This document shows, one piece after another, positions 46,201 through 55,095 of a stretch of 64,000 bases of DNA. Within the stretch, counting starts at the first letter, position 1. Every line of letters starts with the position of its first letter. The stretch covers positions 18,834-82,833 of IMG/VR virus record IMGVR_UViG_3300033553_000478; one strand, given 5' to 3'. The stretch comes from a virus. The notes under the pieces are model-generated. The model did no database searches. It saw nothing but the letters and a program-made list of their open reading frames with translations, and was not told where the DNA came from. The position numbers were made by a program, and so were the translations under genes.

Positions 46201-49200
46201 TGCTTGGGTTCTGAGAATGCTTCAGAGCAATGATCTGTTCAAGGTTCTTAAGAACTACTTCAGAGATTGTTGTATTTGGATTTTTCAAAGCTTCATCCGC
46301 ATACATATTGATCATAAAGTTTTCATCCTTCCCAAAAAACGGTGCCATAGATTGTGGACCTTTCCACCCGTGCTGTATTAAATCATACAGCATAAGATCT
46401 TTTTGGATCTCCACCGGTAGCTCTTCAAATTCTTGCTGAGCTCTCTCCCTTTCAACTTCATTAAAACTTTCATTCACGAAACTGGTATTGGCAGAAATGT
46501 ACTGCTCATTACCATCCAGAGAAATGTTTAAAGCTTTCCGGAATAATATACTGTTGTGCAATTTTGAAACGCTATTCAGTATATTTTCTTCATCAATTTT
46601 GATATCAGACTTAAGAGGCTGCAGATAATTATTAAGCTTCTTATAGATTGAAGTCTCGCTGAATGGGTTCATGAGATCCTTGGCATACTCCTTTGAGATG
46701 TTATTGAATCCAAGTAGCCTGGAAGTCCTGAACTTTAAGAAGTCGCGGGAAATGCTCTCTATTTCATTTACCCCGATATCACCCATCTTAATTTTCAATC
46801 TGGAAAGTACCTTATTAGTCGCTGTAGCATATACAGGATTTAATCTCTTGGTATGTTCCAGGGTTTCCTCAGCTACCATCTGGTAATTTTTCAGGTCAGC
46901 ATTATTCTTTAACTTATCGTCGATCTTCAATATCTGGTTTTCAGATTTGTTATTTAGGACCGTAGAGAAGTCTGCAAGTTGCTGTTCCAATACAAGCGGG
47001 TTAACGTGAATGGTCTTATGGCCAGTCATTATCTTAGAGATCTTCTGTACCTCAGCATTCATATCCGATAGGTACCCGAACATTTCAATGATCGCTGCCT
47101 GTTCACTTGGCTTATCAGCATTCTTAGGATTGACTTTTAACTCGATGTTGGAATCACGGCTAACTTTTAGTTTCGCATAGATCTCCTTCACAATAGTTTC
47201 GCGTTTCTTTTTAGAATGAAACGCGCTATTGTTATTACGGTTGAGTTCACTCCACAATTTAGCTGCAGGAGAGTTCAAAATCATTCCCACATCTACCAAT
47301 GGGATCCCCATATTCACAAGCAGGATAGCCTGAGAAATATTGTGTTCATCCAATCCGATATCATCCGCAAAACCGTGCTTGGAGTTATCCAGAATAATGT
47401 TAGCCAGGATAGCTGATTGCTGGTTTCTGGAACCGTTACCCTGAGCATAATCTTTAAACCTGTCATAGGTGGTACCGCCAATAGTTATTGGTTTCTCGAT
47501 CGCAATCTCATAAGCTGCAAGTAGGTTTGCCAACTTGTGCGTATTGAAAACAGGACCAACGTTTCTCTTAGAGATCATTGTATTGTTGTAATCCTTGCGC
47601 CTTTGCTCCGGAGAAAATGGAGTTATATATTCCTTATTCTTAGGGAACTTTCCGTTGATCTCTTTAACGATCTCTCTGGTTTCATCCACAAACACCATCT
47701 TTGCATTGATCTGCTCTTTCATCTTAGGAGATAGCCAGTACTTGGTCATTTTATCAAATGCCTGGTTCCATTCTCCGAATTTCTTACCGCCTTTAGTTTG
47801 AATGAAAAGAGCATCCCCATCATTATCCGCTCCGATCACTTCACTGAAAGCACTCGGTACCATAACCTGATTACCTTCAGTGGTATCAAATCCAAGTACT
47901 TCAAATACTCCTGTGGAAGCTGGACCGTGACCAGGTACCCGGGAAGCAATTACAGTATGACCTTTAACGTGGAAACCGATATGTACACCTTTGCTGTCAT
48001 ATTCCTTAGCGATATATTTGAAAGCTTCTTTTCTGCTAACCCCGTGGCGTTTTTCTGCCATATCCAAAGCTGCAAACTGGATCGCATTAAGATCATCAGT
48101 TAAGGTCTGGGCCGCTTTTTCTTCCTTAGAAAGTCCTTTCATAGAATTCTCTATTGCTGATTTTCCACCGAAATTGTAGTAGGTAAGGGATTGCCTTGGC
48201 TGTACCTTATCTGACATATGCTTAGGCAATATGATTTCTGCAGGTGCAAGTGAACCATCACCATTAGGCTGGTAATGTTGCAAGCGTTGATCAACTTTAC
48301 CGCCGGCCATTTCAAAGCCGATATCCGGCTTTTGATGTGCCAGTGTTCCCGGAGTGGAAAGCTTGTTACCCATTCTTCTTAAAGTCTGGGCCAGCTGGTT
48401 CACAACGATTTCATTAACGTATGGATGCGCTAAGGATCCATTATCATCTAATAGAATTCTTTGCGCCTGGTTCATATCCTCCTTATTGAGTCCTTCCATA
48501 ATCAAAGCACGATATTCTGTGATGCTGTGATCTTTGATTTTATCAAGGACTTTCTGAAGGTTTTCCCGCTTCTGGTTGGAAATGTGCTGCTGTATCTCAT
48601 TGGCCAGATCGAGCTCTCCATTTAAAGTAGCATTTACAATAATGGAGTTGATCATTTGTACCGGAGTATTAGCAGTACTGGTTTTCTTATCCATCAGCTG
48701 CTGAGGTCCGAAGTTGTAGCTTTCAATACCTACAAATTCTCCATTTTTATAGAAAAGTTTGTCCTGTTCCTCTGTAATGGAAATAGGATTATCTCTCAAG
48801 TAAGCTGGAGTACGTTTCATTCCTGCCTCAGTATATTCACCTTTTTGGATATATTCTTCTCCGGAGAAATTAGATTTATCCGAAGACTGAGGAATAGCAA
48901 TTACCATATGGTTAAAGCTTCCATCGGAAAGATCCTGGGAAGGTTTCACGCCAAACTTCTCTCCATGGTACTGTAGGTATTTCAGTTTCCTCTGGTTCAT
49001 AGCTTCAAAAAGAGGGTGGCCCTTCTTTACAATGGTGGTATATCCTTTCAGGTATGCAGTCTTTCCTTTGAAATTAGGGTTCTCCTTCTCGATGCTGGCA
49101 TTAAGCAATTTGAATCCGTGGTTCATATTGAAAACACCTTTACCAAGCTGCTGCAGCTTCTGTGCATCCTCTTCCAGAATGTACATACCTGAATCGGTAC

Positions 49201-52200
49201 CGGCGATGCTTCCATCAAGTAGTTCATCAGCAAAGAACAAAGGTTCAATTTTGAAGTTCGGGTTCTTTACAGATATGATAGGGGAAGAGTTCATTTTAAA
49301 ACGTTTCACGATATCCTTTCCTGTAATTCCCGGTAGGAAAACTTCGGTGGTATTGTAGCCGTTAACTGTGGAGTTTACAACGTATTCTGCCACCAGCTCT
49401 ATACCATCCGGATTAAGCCTGTTCTTCTCGTTGAAGTAGTTCTTCAATTTATCGATCTTAGCCATCTCAGCCCCGTTGGAGTTCATAAACTGAATCTCTT
49501 TAATGACTGACTGCCTCAGGCTGTCTTTAAACTTCTGGCGACTGCCGGCGATCTCATCATCCCAGAATATTTCATCGTGTAAATGCTGGGCACTGCTGAC
49601 AACATTCCCCTCACGTTTGTTTACATACTTAATCTTACCAGCATCATCGTATTCAAATACATCCTCAAATTTGATACGTGGCATATTCATAAGGAACTTA
49701 CGTGGAGAATCTGAGAAAGCTCCCAGGTTTCCGAGATAAGATCTGTTCTTCACGCCTCTGGCATTTCTGGAAGTGTTGGTAAAGATTAAGAAATCTTCAA
49801 TTCCCTGTTCCAATGCAGTGGATCCAGCGTATAGGTTTCCTGTCTTATTGGAAATATTCTCAATACCGTTATATTGAGAGATAGTAGGCATTATACCTAC
49901 TTGAGCATTTTCATAGATATTATTCAGGAAAATATTCGGAACGTAACCTCTGCCGGCACGTTTCTTATTCTTCTCTGCAAGGTGGGAAAACCTTTCAAAG
50001 AATTGCTCTTTGGTTGGTATTTTACCATTCTCGTCCGGCGAAAGAAAGTTGATCATATTATCAACTTCTTTCGTTAAGTGATTATTGGTAATACGCACAG
50101 GAGTCATATTCCCCTCTGCATTCCTTACAGAACTAAGCGGGCTGAATTTCCTGTTTGTATTGATAAAAGACTCAACCAGTGGCCGTGCATTGTATAGGTA
50201 AATCCCTTTTGCAGGATCCCCCGGGAAGGGAAGATTCTTGAATTCATTAAAAGAATATCCATCACCTTTCTGCAGGTATTGGGTAGGCACATTTACACCA
50301 TTCCAATGGAATAGTTTATTTGTGGCCACCGCAGGGATTTTTGCTACCTGATTATTATAAGCGAATTGAGCTTTCTTAAAATCTGCTTTAGTAACAATCT
50401 TCTGGAATAACATTCCTTTCTTAATGAATCCGGAGATTAACGTTTCGATTGGAACATTCACCCCCTGGTAAGTAATGTAGCCTTGCTCCAAAACCTTCTC
50501 CAGATTAAACTGTCCGAATGGAGGCGCAAGGGTATTGATCACTTCAAGGTAATCTGCTTTAGTATCGTTCCCGCTGTAGATATTATTTACAGCATCCTCG
50601 AAATTCTTCCAGCGATCGGACTTACCGTCAAAATCCTTCCGGAGTTCGGAAAGGACTTTGTTGGCTCGGTGGATCTCTACCTGAGAAAGAGAGTTTACAA
50701 ACTCATACTTACCGTCATTCGTAATAGTGTTTTTGAATGCTACGATATGTTTCGAGTTGGAAAACACCAGGTGCATAGAGTTCAACAGGTTCAATTTGTT
50801 GTCACCATGCACGCTGGTCATATAGTCATTAAAAGCTTTAACCTCACGAAGCTTCGAGTTTTCGATCTGGCGAATAAACTCATTTGAGTTCGGGTTCTCG
50901 ATAGCCAGATTGTACATAATGCTTTCGAATAGATCTCTATTGAAAAGAGCTGTTTTGGCATAATCTACACTCCTACCTTTATTTTTTGCAAGGTGCCTTG
51001 TGCGCATTGCTTTGTTGTAAACAATACCGAAACGCTTCAGGATCTTGGTAGCTCCTTTAGCTTTATCGTCGAAATCCTTCGCATAGAATGACTCCCCGCT
51101 ATCCTCGATAGTATCTTCAATATCAGTAATGATATCCTCTTCACTAACATCTGAGAAGTCGCCTATAATATTGCTGGCTGCAGCTTTCTTTCTGGAAGCG
51201 ATATCTTCCAGTTGTGCTATTTGCTCATCACTCATATCATTGGCCCGAGCATCCATACCCTCGGCGCTGAGGTCTACTCCTTTGGTAACAGCTTTAAATG
51301 TATCCAGTATAAAGTCTTTCATATTCCCGGAGGGAACACCATCTTTATTTAACTGGCGTAACATTTTATCTACTCCACCGTCTTTCTCTATAATCTCACC
51401 TTTCTTACGAAGCAATCCCCACCAGATACGAGTATCTTTTTGACGTTGTGGTTCATTCTTAGGCTTAAAGATTTTATCAAATTCATCTGCCAATGGACCT
51501 TCCAAACGCTTCACAAACATTTCCTCTATAAGTAGAGATTGTTGAGACATTGGAACAGTCTTTAAAATCCCTGCAGCAATATCCTGTTTTAAGTATTCTT
51601 CCAGATTATTCTTATCAGCTCCATCGATCAGATAAGAGGCGAAAATATCCTTCTCTTTATACTTGGCAGTTTTCCCATTTGGAAGCTGTATTTCATATAA
51701 AGTAAGATCTTTATACCTTTTTTTGATATCAGCAACGAGCTCCGGATTAGCCAAAGCACTCTTAACGTTTGCCTGAGTTTCAGGTTCGTTTTTAGATAGC
51801 TGGTAATAGATATGCGAAAGTTCGTGCATAAAGATCCTGTCCTGGTTCCAGTTTTTACTATCTATAAAAATGGTACCGGCCAGTGCGTGACCTACCGCAT
51901 CAGCTCCCAAAGATTGGAACATATTACGGACAATAAAAACTTCCGTAGGCTTCTCAGCATTCGGGAACATTCTCTTAAGCTGGTGGTTTACCACAACCAT
52001 CTTATCTAATTCCTGAGGGCCATACATATTGTATGAACTGTATTGGTTCAGGTAATTGTCAAGATCATTCTGAGAAATATGAGTAGCTTCAGTGGACTTA
52101 GGCATACGAAGCTTATTGATAAAATCATCCATCCATCTGGCCATTGTCCTGTTACGGACTACCGTAGAACTTTCAGATCTGTTATCCATTCCGGAAACAG

Positions 52201-55003
52201 AGCTTTCTGAATTATCAATGTTTTTACGGGAAATATCCCAAACCTTTTTGGCCCTTGCTACTTTCTTTTTAGTAACATCAGCAATTGATTTGCCAATACT
52301 TTTCGCCTTAGCCACACCTTGAACGAAAGCCTTCTCCGCGGGAGTGAGGCTTTCGTCATTGACTTCCACAGGAGTATCATCATCATTATTATCATCTTCA
52401 GCGGGTTCCGGGTTAGTGTCTTTACCTTCCGTATTAGGCTCCTTAGGTTCCGGGTTAGGAGTTTTCTGGCCCTCATTTTCTGGTCCTTTTGGATCAGCCG
52501 CGGGTGCATCCTGAGAAGTTTTAAGAATCTGCTTTGTGATTTCACGAAGCACAGCCTCTTTATTGGTTGCTCTCATTTCATCCTGACGGCCAGTAAGCTT
52601 GCCTTTACTTCGGATAGCTTTTGCGATATCCTGAATAGTAGACATAGGAATCTCATTCTTTTCCTTGAATGCATTGTACACATCATCGGAAACAGTTTCA
52701 TTAGGATCTATCTCTACAGCTTCATTCACCTCAGCGGCTTCTTTCTTAGCTTGCTCTTCGGTTTTGGGAGTCTTAACCTTCTTTCCATCGACGGTGGTTT
52801 CCCCGGATGCCCCCGGGGTAGCCTCATCTTTTTCCAGAATTTCTTCTCCGGCTTTTTTCTCTTCCGGAGTTTTAAATTGATCCATCACCTTATTGACCAT
52901 TTCCTTACTCTTCTGAGATAGGTTGGCCATAGATGGCATTTTAAATCCTTTGGCTTTCTGAGTTGCTTCGCCTACCATTCCCTTGGCAGAATCCAAAGCC
53001 TTCTCTCCTTTGCTCTTAGCATCACCTTCCTTGGTGTACTCATTTAACTGCTGAGAGGACAATCCACCAATTACCATTTCATTACCGTACTCATCCAAAA
53101 CTAAATCCACCTCAAGAGGATTTGCTTTCCTACCGATAATTAAATTCTCCTGGTTCTGAATTGCTTCAGCTCTCAGAATAGAAAGAGCTTTTAATCTTTT
53201 TTGAAATACTCCCTCAGTCTGACGTATTTTGCTGGCTCTGGCTCCTTCATCAATATTCTGCAGAGATTTATAAGTATCAATCTGTTCTTTCGCCAATTCT
53301 TCATATTCAGCGATCTTAGTATCGAAATATGTTTGCTTGGCGTTATTGTACATTAAAGCTGAAAGTCCTTTTACATTTAATCTCTTGGCCTTAGATTTTA
53401 CTTCTTTGAAGTCAAGGACCATTTGATCATAACGCTCTTTTTCATCCTCTGTGATGTTACCATTTTTTACCAATTTCTTAGAGAAGTCCTCATACAGATC
53501 AAGCTTATCATCGATTACGATATCAGCTATCTGCTGGCGAATGTGGTATTCCTGCCAGTCCAATTCTTCATTGGTACCGTTTTTATCAACTATCTGCTTA
53601 AAGTTCTGGATCCTGTTATGAAGCTTGGCGCTTTCATCTGCTTTTTTATTGATAAGATCTGTAACATTGAAAGCAGCTCCACCCAGTGCACCTACAGCGA
53701 AGGAAAGTACCTTAGTGCCTTTATTCTCTTTGGAGTTATAAAAATCAAGATAATTTTTATACTCCAACGGTTCGCCGGTTACATCTGAAACAGCTTTTTT
53801 AGCTGCCCATTCTTCCCAGGTTTCCTGAAAGGTTTCTTCCAGACCTTCCATACCAGCCTTACCAGCAAGTCTGGTTAATGACTTCGCAATAGGCGCGATA
53901 TCATATTGGAACATTTTGGAAGCTATCTTTGATTGCTGTGCTGCAGTGTGCATTTTGCCGCCTTTAGCCACAGGGTTCAATCCTTTTAAAGCTTTCCATC
54001 CACCTCCGTAGGTCATTCCCCAGGAAGCCATATCAAGTAGCATCCAAGAGGCATTGTTCCGCATTGTTCCAGAAGCCATTTGAGATAGTTGCTCTTCATC
54101 AAAAACAAGATTACCATCGGCATCCTTCAGTTCCTTATGATCATTTACTACCTGGGCAGCGTTAAGCATACCAGACATAAGGTTGCCAGTGATACCCCCT
54201 CCGACTGCTCCAGCTAACATATTTCCTGCTCCGGATAATCCCTGTTCGGTGATCATCTTTCCAGCAAGTCCTTTCCCGGTACCAAAAACTTCTTTTCCTA
54301 AAGCTGTTTTAGCGTGATTGGTAATTACACCTTTTTTCACGGCTTTCTGTGCTGCTTTACCTAAAAGGCTTTTTGCGGCACTTGCTCCACCTTTGGAGAT
54401 AAGAATGAATTCTGCCAGCTGAGGTATCATTTCCGCAACGTGGGTACTCCAGAATTTAGGATCGGCCATAGACTTCCAGTCCAAATTTTCGTGAAGTAGT
54501 TCCTCAGGAATATGAGATTTGTAATCTGCAGCAAGGTCCGCACCGGTTTCCTGTAATGCCCGAGATATCATATTTCCTTTAGAAATATCGAAACCGGCAT
54601 AAGAACCTGCTACTTGAAACATATCACCTGTACCTTTCAGGATATGATTACCGAAACCTCTGGCAATACTGGTACCTGATTCTTCCAACCAAGGGCGCAT
54701 TGTAAATTCAGGAGACCAGGAGTCTGGATCTTCTTGAAGATCACGAGTGTTTTGAGTAGAAATTGCACCAAGCTGCTGATTGGAATATTGAGTATTCTCA
54801 TTCTGCATTTGCTCATTAGGATCACCAGAATAGTTATCGGGCATTCCTAAACCTTTTGGTTTTTCAGGCTCGATAGCTTGCTGAGCTTCTTCTCTTGAGG
54901 TTGGATAATCGATGAAGTCTTGATGCTCTTGTGGAGCTGTTGCTTCTGGCTGGGGGGCTTCTTTAGTAAGATGCTGATTGAAATTGTCAAAGATATCGGG
55001 CAT
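43298..55003 (-). CDS. Giant virion-associated RNA polymerase / ejection polyprotein
   Basis: 3901 aa; IASRVPGHG...GADNDGDALF (DxDGD at 47813-47827); HELSH zincin-like motif at 51812-51826; Gly-rich hydrophobic N-terminus; crAss-like position. Confidence 0.85.
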   Translation of the reverse strand: MPDIFDNFNQHLTKEAPQPEATAPQEHQDFIDYPTSREEAQQAIEPEKPKGLGMPDNYSGDPNEQMQNENTQYSNQQLGAISTQNTRDLQEDPDSWSPEFTMRPWLEESGTSIARGFGNHILKGTGDMFQVAGSYAGFDISKGNMISRALQETGADLAADYKSHIPEELLHENLDWKSMADPKFWSTHVAEMIPQLAEFILISKGGASAAKSLLGKAAQKAVKKGVITNHAKTALGKEVFGTGKGLAGKMITEQGLSGAGNMLAGAVGGGITGNLMSGMLNAAQVVNDHKELKDADGNLVFDEEQLSQMASGTMRNNASWMLLDMASWGMTYGGGWKALKGLNPVAKGGKMHTAAQQSKIASKMFQYDIAPIAKSLTRLAGKAGMEGLEETFQETWEEWAAKKAVSDVTGEPLEYKNYLDFYNSKENKGTKVLSFAVGALGGAAFNVTDLINKKADESAKLHNRIQNFKQIVDKNGTNEELDWQEYHIRQQIADIVIDDKLDLYEDFSKKLVKNGNITEDEKERYDQMVLDFKEVKSKAKRLNVKGLSALMYNNAKQTYFDTKIAEYEELAKEQIDTYKSLQNIDEGARASKIRQTEGVFQKRLKALSILRAEAIQNQENLIIGRKANPLEVDLVLDEYGNEMVIGGLSSQQLNEYTKEGDAKSKGEKALDSAKGMVGEATQKAKGFKMPSMANLSQKSKEMVNKVMDQFKTPEEKKAGEEILEKDEATPGASGETTVDGKKVKTPKTEEQAKKEAAEVNEAVEIDPNETVSDDVYNAFKEKNEIPMSTIQDIAKAIRSKGKLTGRQDEMRATNKEAVLREITKQILKTSQDAPAADPKGPENEGQKTPNPEPKEPNTEGKDTNPEPAEDDNNDDDTPVEVNDESLTPAEKAFVQGVAKAKSIGKSIADVTKKKVARAKKVWDISRKNIDNSESSVSGMDNRSESSTVVRNRTMARWMDDFINKLRMPKSTEATHISQNDLDNYLNQYSSYNMYGPQELDKMVVVNHQLKRMFPNAEKPTEVFIVRNMFQSLGADAVGHALAGTIFIDSKNWNQDRIFMHELSHIYYQLSKNEPETQANVKSALANPELVADIKKRYKDLTLYEIQLPNGKTAKYKEKDIFASYLIDGADKNNLEEYLKQDIAAGILKTVPMSQQSLLIEEMFVKRLEGPLADEFDKIFKPKNEPQRQKDTRIWWGLLRKKGEIIEKDGGVDKMLRQLNKDGVPSGNMKDFILDTFKAVTKGVDLSAEGMDARANDMSDEQIAQLEDIASRKKAAASNIIGDFSDVSEEDIITDIEDTIEDSGESFYAKDFDDKAKGATKILKRFGIVYNKAMRTRHLAKNKGRSVDYAKTALFNRDLFESIMYNLAIENPNSNEFIRQIENSKLREVKAFNDYMTSVHGDNKLNLLNSMHLVFSNSKHIVAFKNTITNDGKYEFVNSLSQVEIHRANKVLSELRKDFDGKSDRWKNFEDAVNNIYSGNDTKADYLEVINTLAPPFGQFNLEKVLEQGYITYQGVNVPIETLISGFIKKGMLFQKIVTKADFKKAQFAYNNQVAKIPAVATNKLFHWNGVNVPTQYLQKGDGYSFNEFKNLPFPGDPAKGIYLYNARPLVESFINTNRKFSPLSSVRNAEGNMTPVRITNNHLTKEVDNMINFLSPDENGKIPTKEQFFERFSHLAEKNKKRAGRGYVPNIFLNNIYENAQVGIMPTISQYNGIENISNKTGNLYAGSTALEQGIEDFLIFTNTSRNARGVKNRSYLGNLGAFSDSPRKFLMNMPRIKFEDVFEYDDAGKIKYVNKREGNVVSSAQHLHDEIFWDDEIAGSRQKFKDSLRQSVIKEIQFMNSNGAEMAKIDKLKNYFNEKNRLNPDGIELVAEYVVNSTVNGYNTTEVFLPGITGKDIVKRFKMNSSPIISVKNPNFKIEPLFFADELLDGSIAGTDSGMYILEEDAQKLQQLGKGVFNMNHGFKLLNASIEKENPNFKGKTAYLKGYTTIVKKGHPLFEAMNQRKLKYLQYHGEKFGVKPSQDLSDGSFNHMVIAIPQSSDKSNFSGEEYIQKGEYTEAGMKRTPAYLRDNPISITEEQDKLFYKNGEFVGIESYNFGPQQLMDKKTSTANTPVQMINSIIVNATLNGELDLANEIQQHISNQKRENLQKVLDKIKDHSITEYRALIMEGLNKEDMNQAQRILLDDNGSLAHPYVNEIVVNQLAQTLRRMGNKLSTPGTLAHQKPDIGFEMAGGKVDQRLQHYQPNGDGSLAPAEIILPKHMSDKVQPRQSLTYYNFGGKSAIENSMKGLSKEEKAAQTLTDDLNAIQFAALDMAEKRHGVSRKEAFKYIAKEYDSKGVHIGFHVKGHTVIASRVPGHGPASTGVFEVLGFDTTEGNQVMVPSAFSEVIGADNDGDALFIQTKGGKKFGEWNQAFDKMTKYWLSPKMKEQINAKMVFVDETREIVKEINGKFPKNKEYITPFSPEQRRKDYNNTMISKRNVGPVFNTHKLANLLAAYEIAIEKPITIGGTTYDRFKDYAQGNGSRNQQSAILANIILDNSKHGFADDIGLDEHNISQAILLVNMGIPLVDVGMILNSPAAKLWSELNRNNNSAFHSKKKRETIVKEIYAKLKVSRDSNIELKVNPKNADKPSEQAAIIEMFGYLSDMNAEVQKISKIMTGHKTIHVNPLVLEQQLADFSTVLNNKSENQILKIDDKLKNNADLKNYQMVAEETLEHTKRLNPVYATATNKVLSRLKIKMGDIGVNEIESISRDFLKFRTSRLLGFNNISKEYAKDLMNPFSETSIYKKLNNYLQPLKSDIKIDEENILNSVSKLHNSILFRKALNISLDGNEQYISANTSFVNESFNEVERERAQQEFEELPVEIQKDLMLYDLIQHGWKGPQSMAPFFGKDENFMINMYADEALKNPNTTISEVVLKNLEQIIALKHSQNPSNSFQKIYLGKNDKLESVGNVVNKIFEQKDGKYVNEAVIQRLQKPGGMYLSVWSDGKPALFEVADMAEFLPQILSERTASSRKIRLIQLAKENITLVPNALSYDKGKKRYNADIDLALIEDKNIPGSWTPSPNYDTRENMDSLTEATISYEEASARMRERLANQPVSVEGMDAKEEFDLPMFEKEELLTPGEFDEAMEYNPLTDKSIKEKNYANYVKDKKAANELAKTLIPTLDSKTADELLDLYSTYGEKDVYAYSIVMTPIIKKLAGHLASDQAKLWKDNEVEGKGYDGQDISKFQAYMISGSTIPSNHPAAQSLARMLEKEYKTFINEKSKYMREMNKITDALYKEKLGYGSKRTFMGTIRRIRDMFTIGQSEIYDRLYGNLVTREEVLDKQGNLTYNFKLRPQDEMEREFKAGYISATEKDFYDFFRKTTNELMPPKAAKKRKEDYIPHTAMSKLEAFSARGLLGLMVNSRGDDEAIYDVKMNYKDPRSGETKLMNFKHIEDIFKRDSADVHRKNDINRIMEYRKMKKKALQLLKTGKNEDGSKIIHGTVGMETALGFGAINRFVNNRSVKATELPTMDLNKALGDYIHSTLFVNGNKNFKGMEKLQGYIDGVLAFNRENNLPNMNIHVQKVWKDYFTKGERQESALGKDGDKILNALTRFNLFYALGYQANKNTYGLYSIGNILVGKYHNIKDLGGKKWIEGEKRFWGLDKGLEGGLNGVLARKRRMAGIMKSLNFMEINVYDEVNMEKKNGLDAVFSDLALSPMIYSEKWIQQVHMIGLLTEEELNKFDENGNYHEGEWPIDNHRLIELEDKVKASHGRGYQPTDQRVAQMYSWGNMMLQFSKFLPTMVHDRFSKEDINIYGKQHIGSLRSVGKMVRHVMNDPQGFVEYRKSLSPDQRARLDSGLKGMAMTTIIGLAGASLASDTANDLFWDSNYYMNLEKLENKMVAPAIQTTNNLLGSIF

Positions 55004-55026
55004 GATATTCTGGGTTTATGTTAAGA

Positions 55027-55061
55027 CAAATATAAAAAAAGCAACCCTTCGCAGGGTTGCT
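55027..55061 (-). promoter_or_regulatory. Terminator hairpin overlapping a TATATTTG promoter box upstream of vRNAP
   Basis: Minus strand AGCAACCCT-gcga-AGGGTTGCT, then TTTTTTATATTTG. Confidence 0.6.
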
Positions 55062-55095
55062 GTTAAAATTAGTTAATATTTTGAGTATTTCGACA

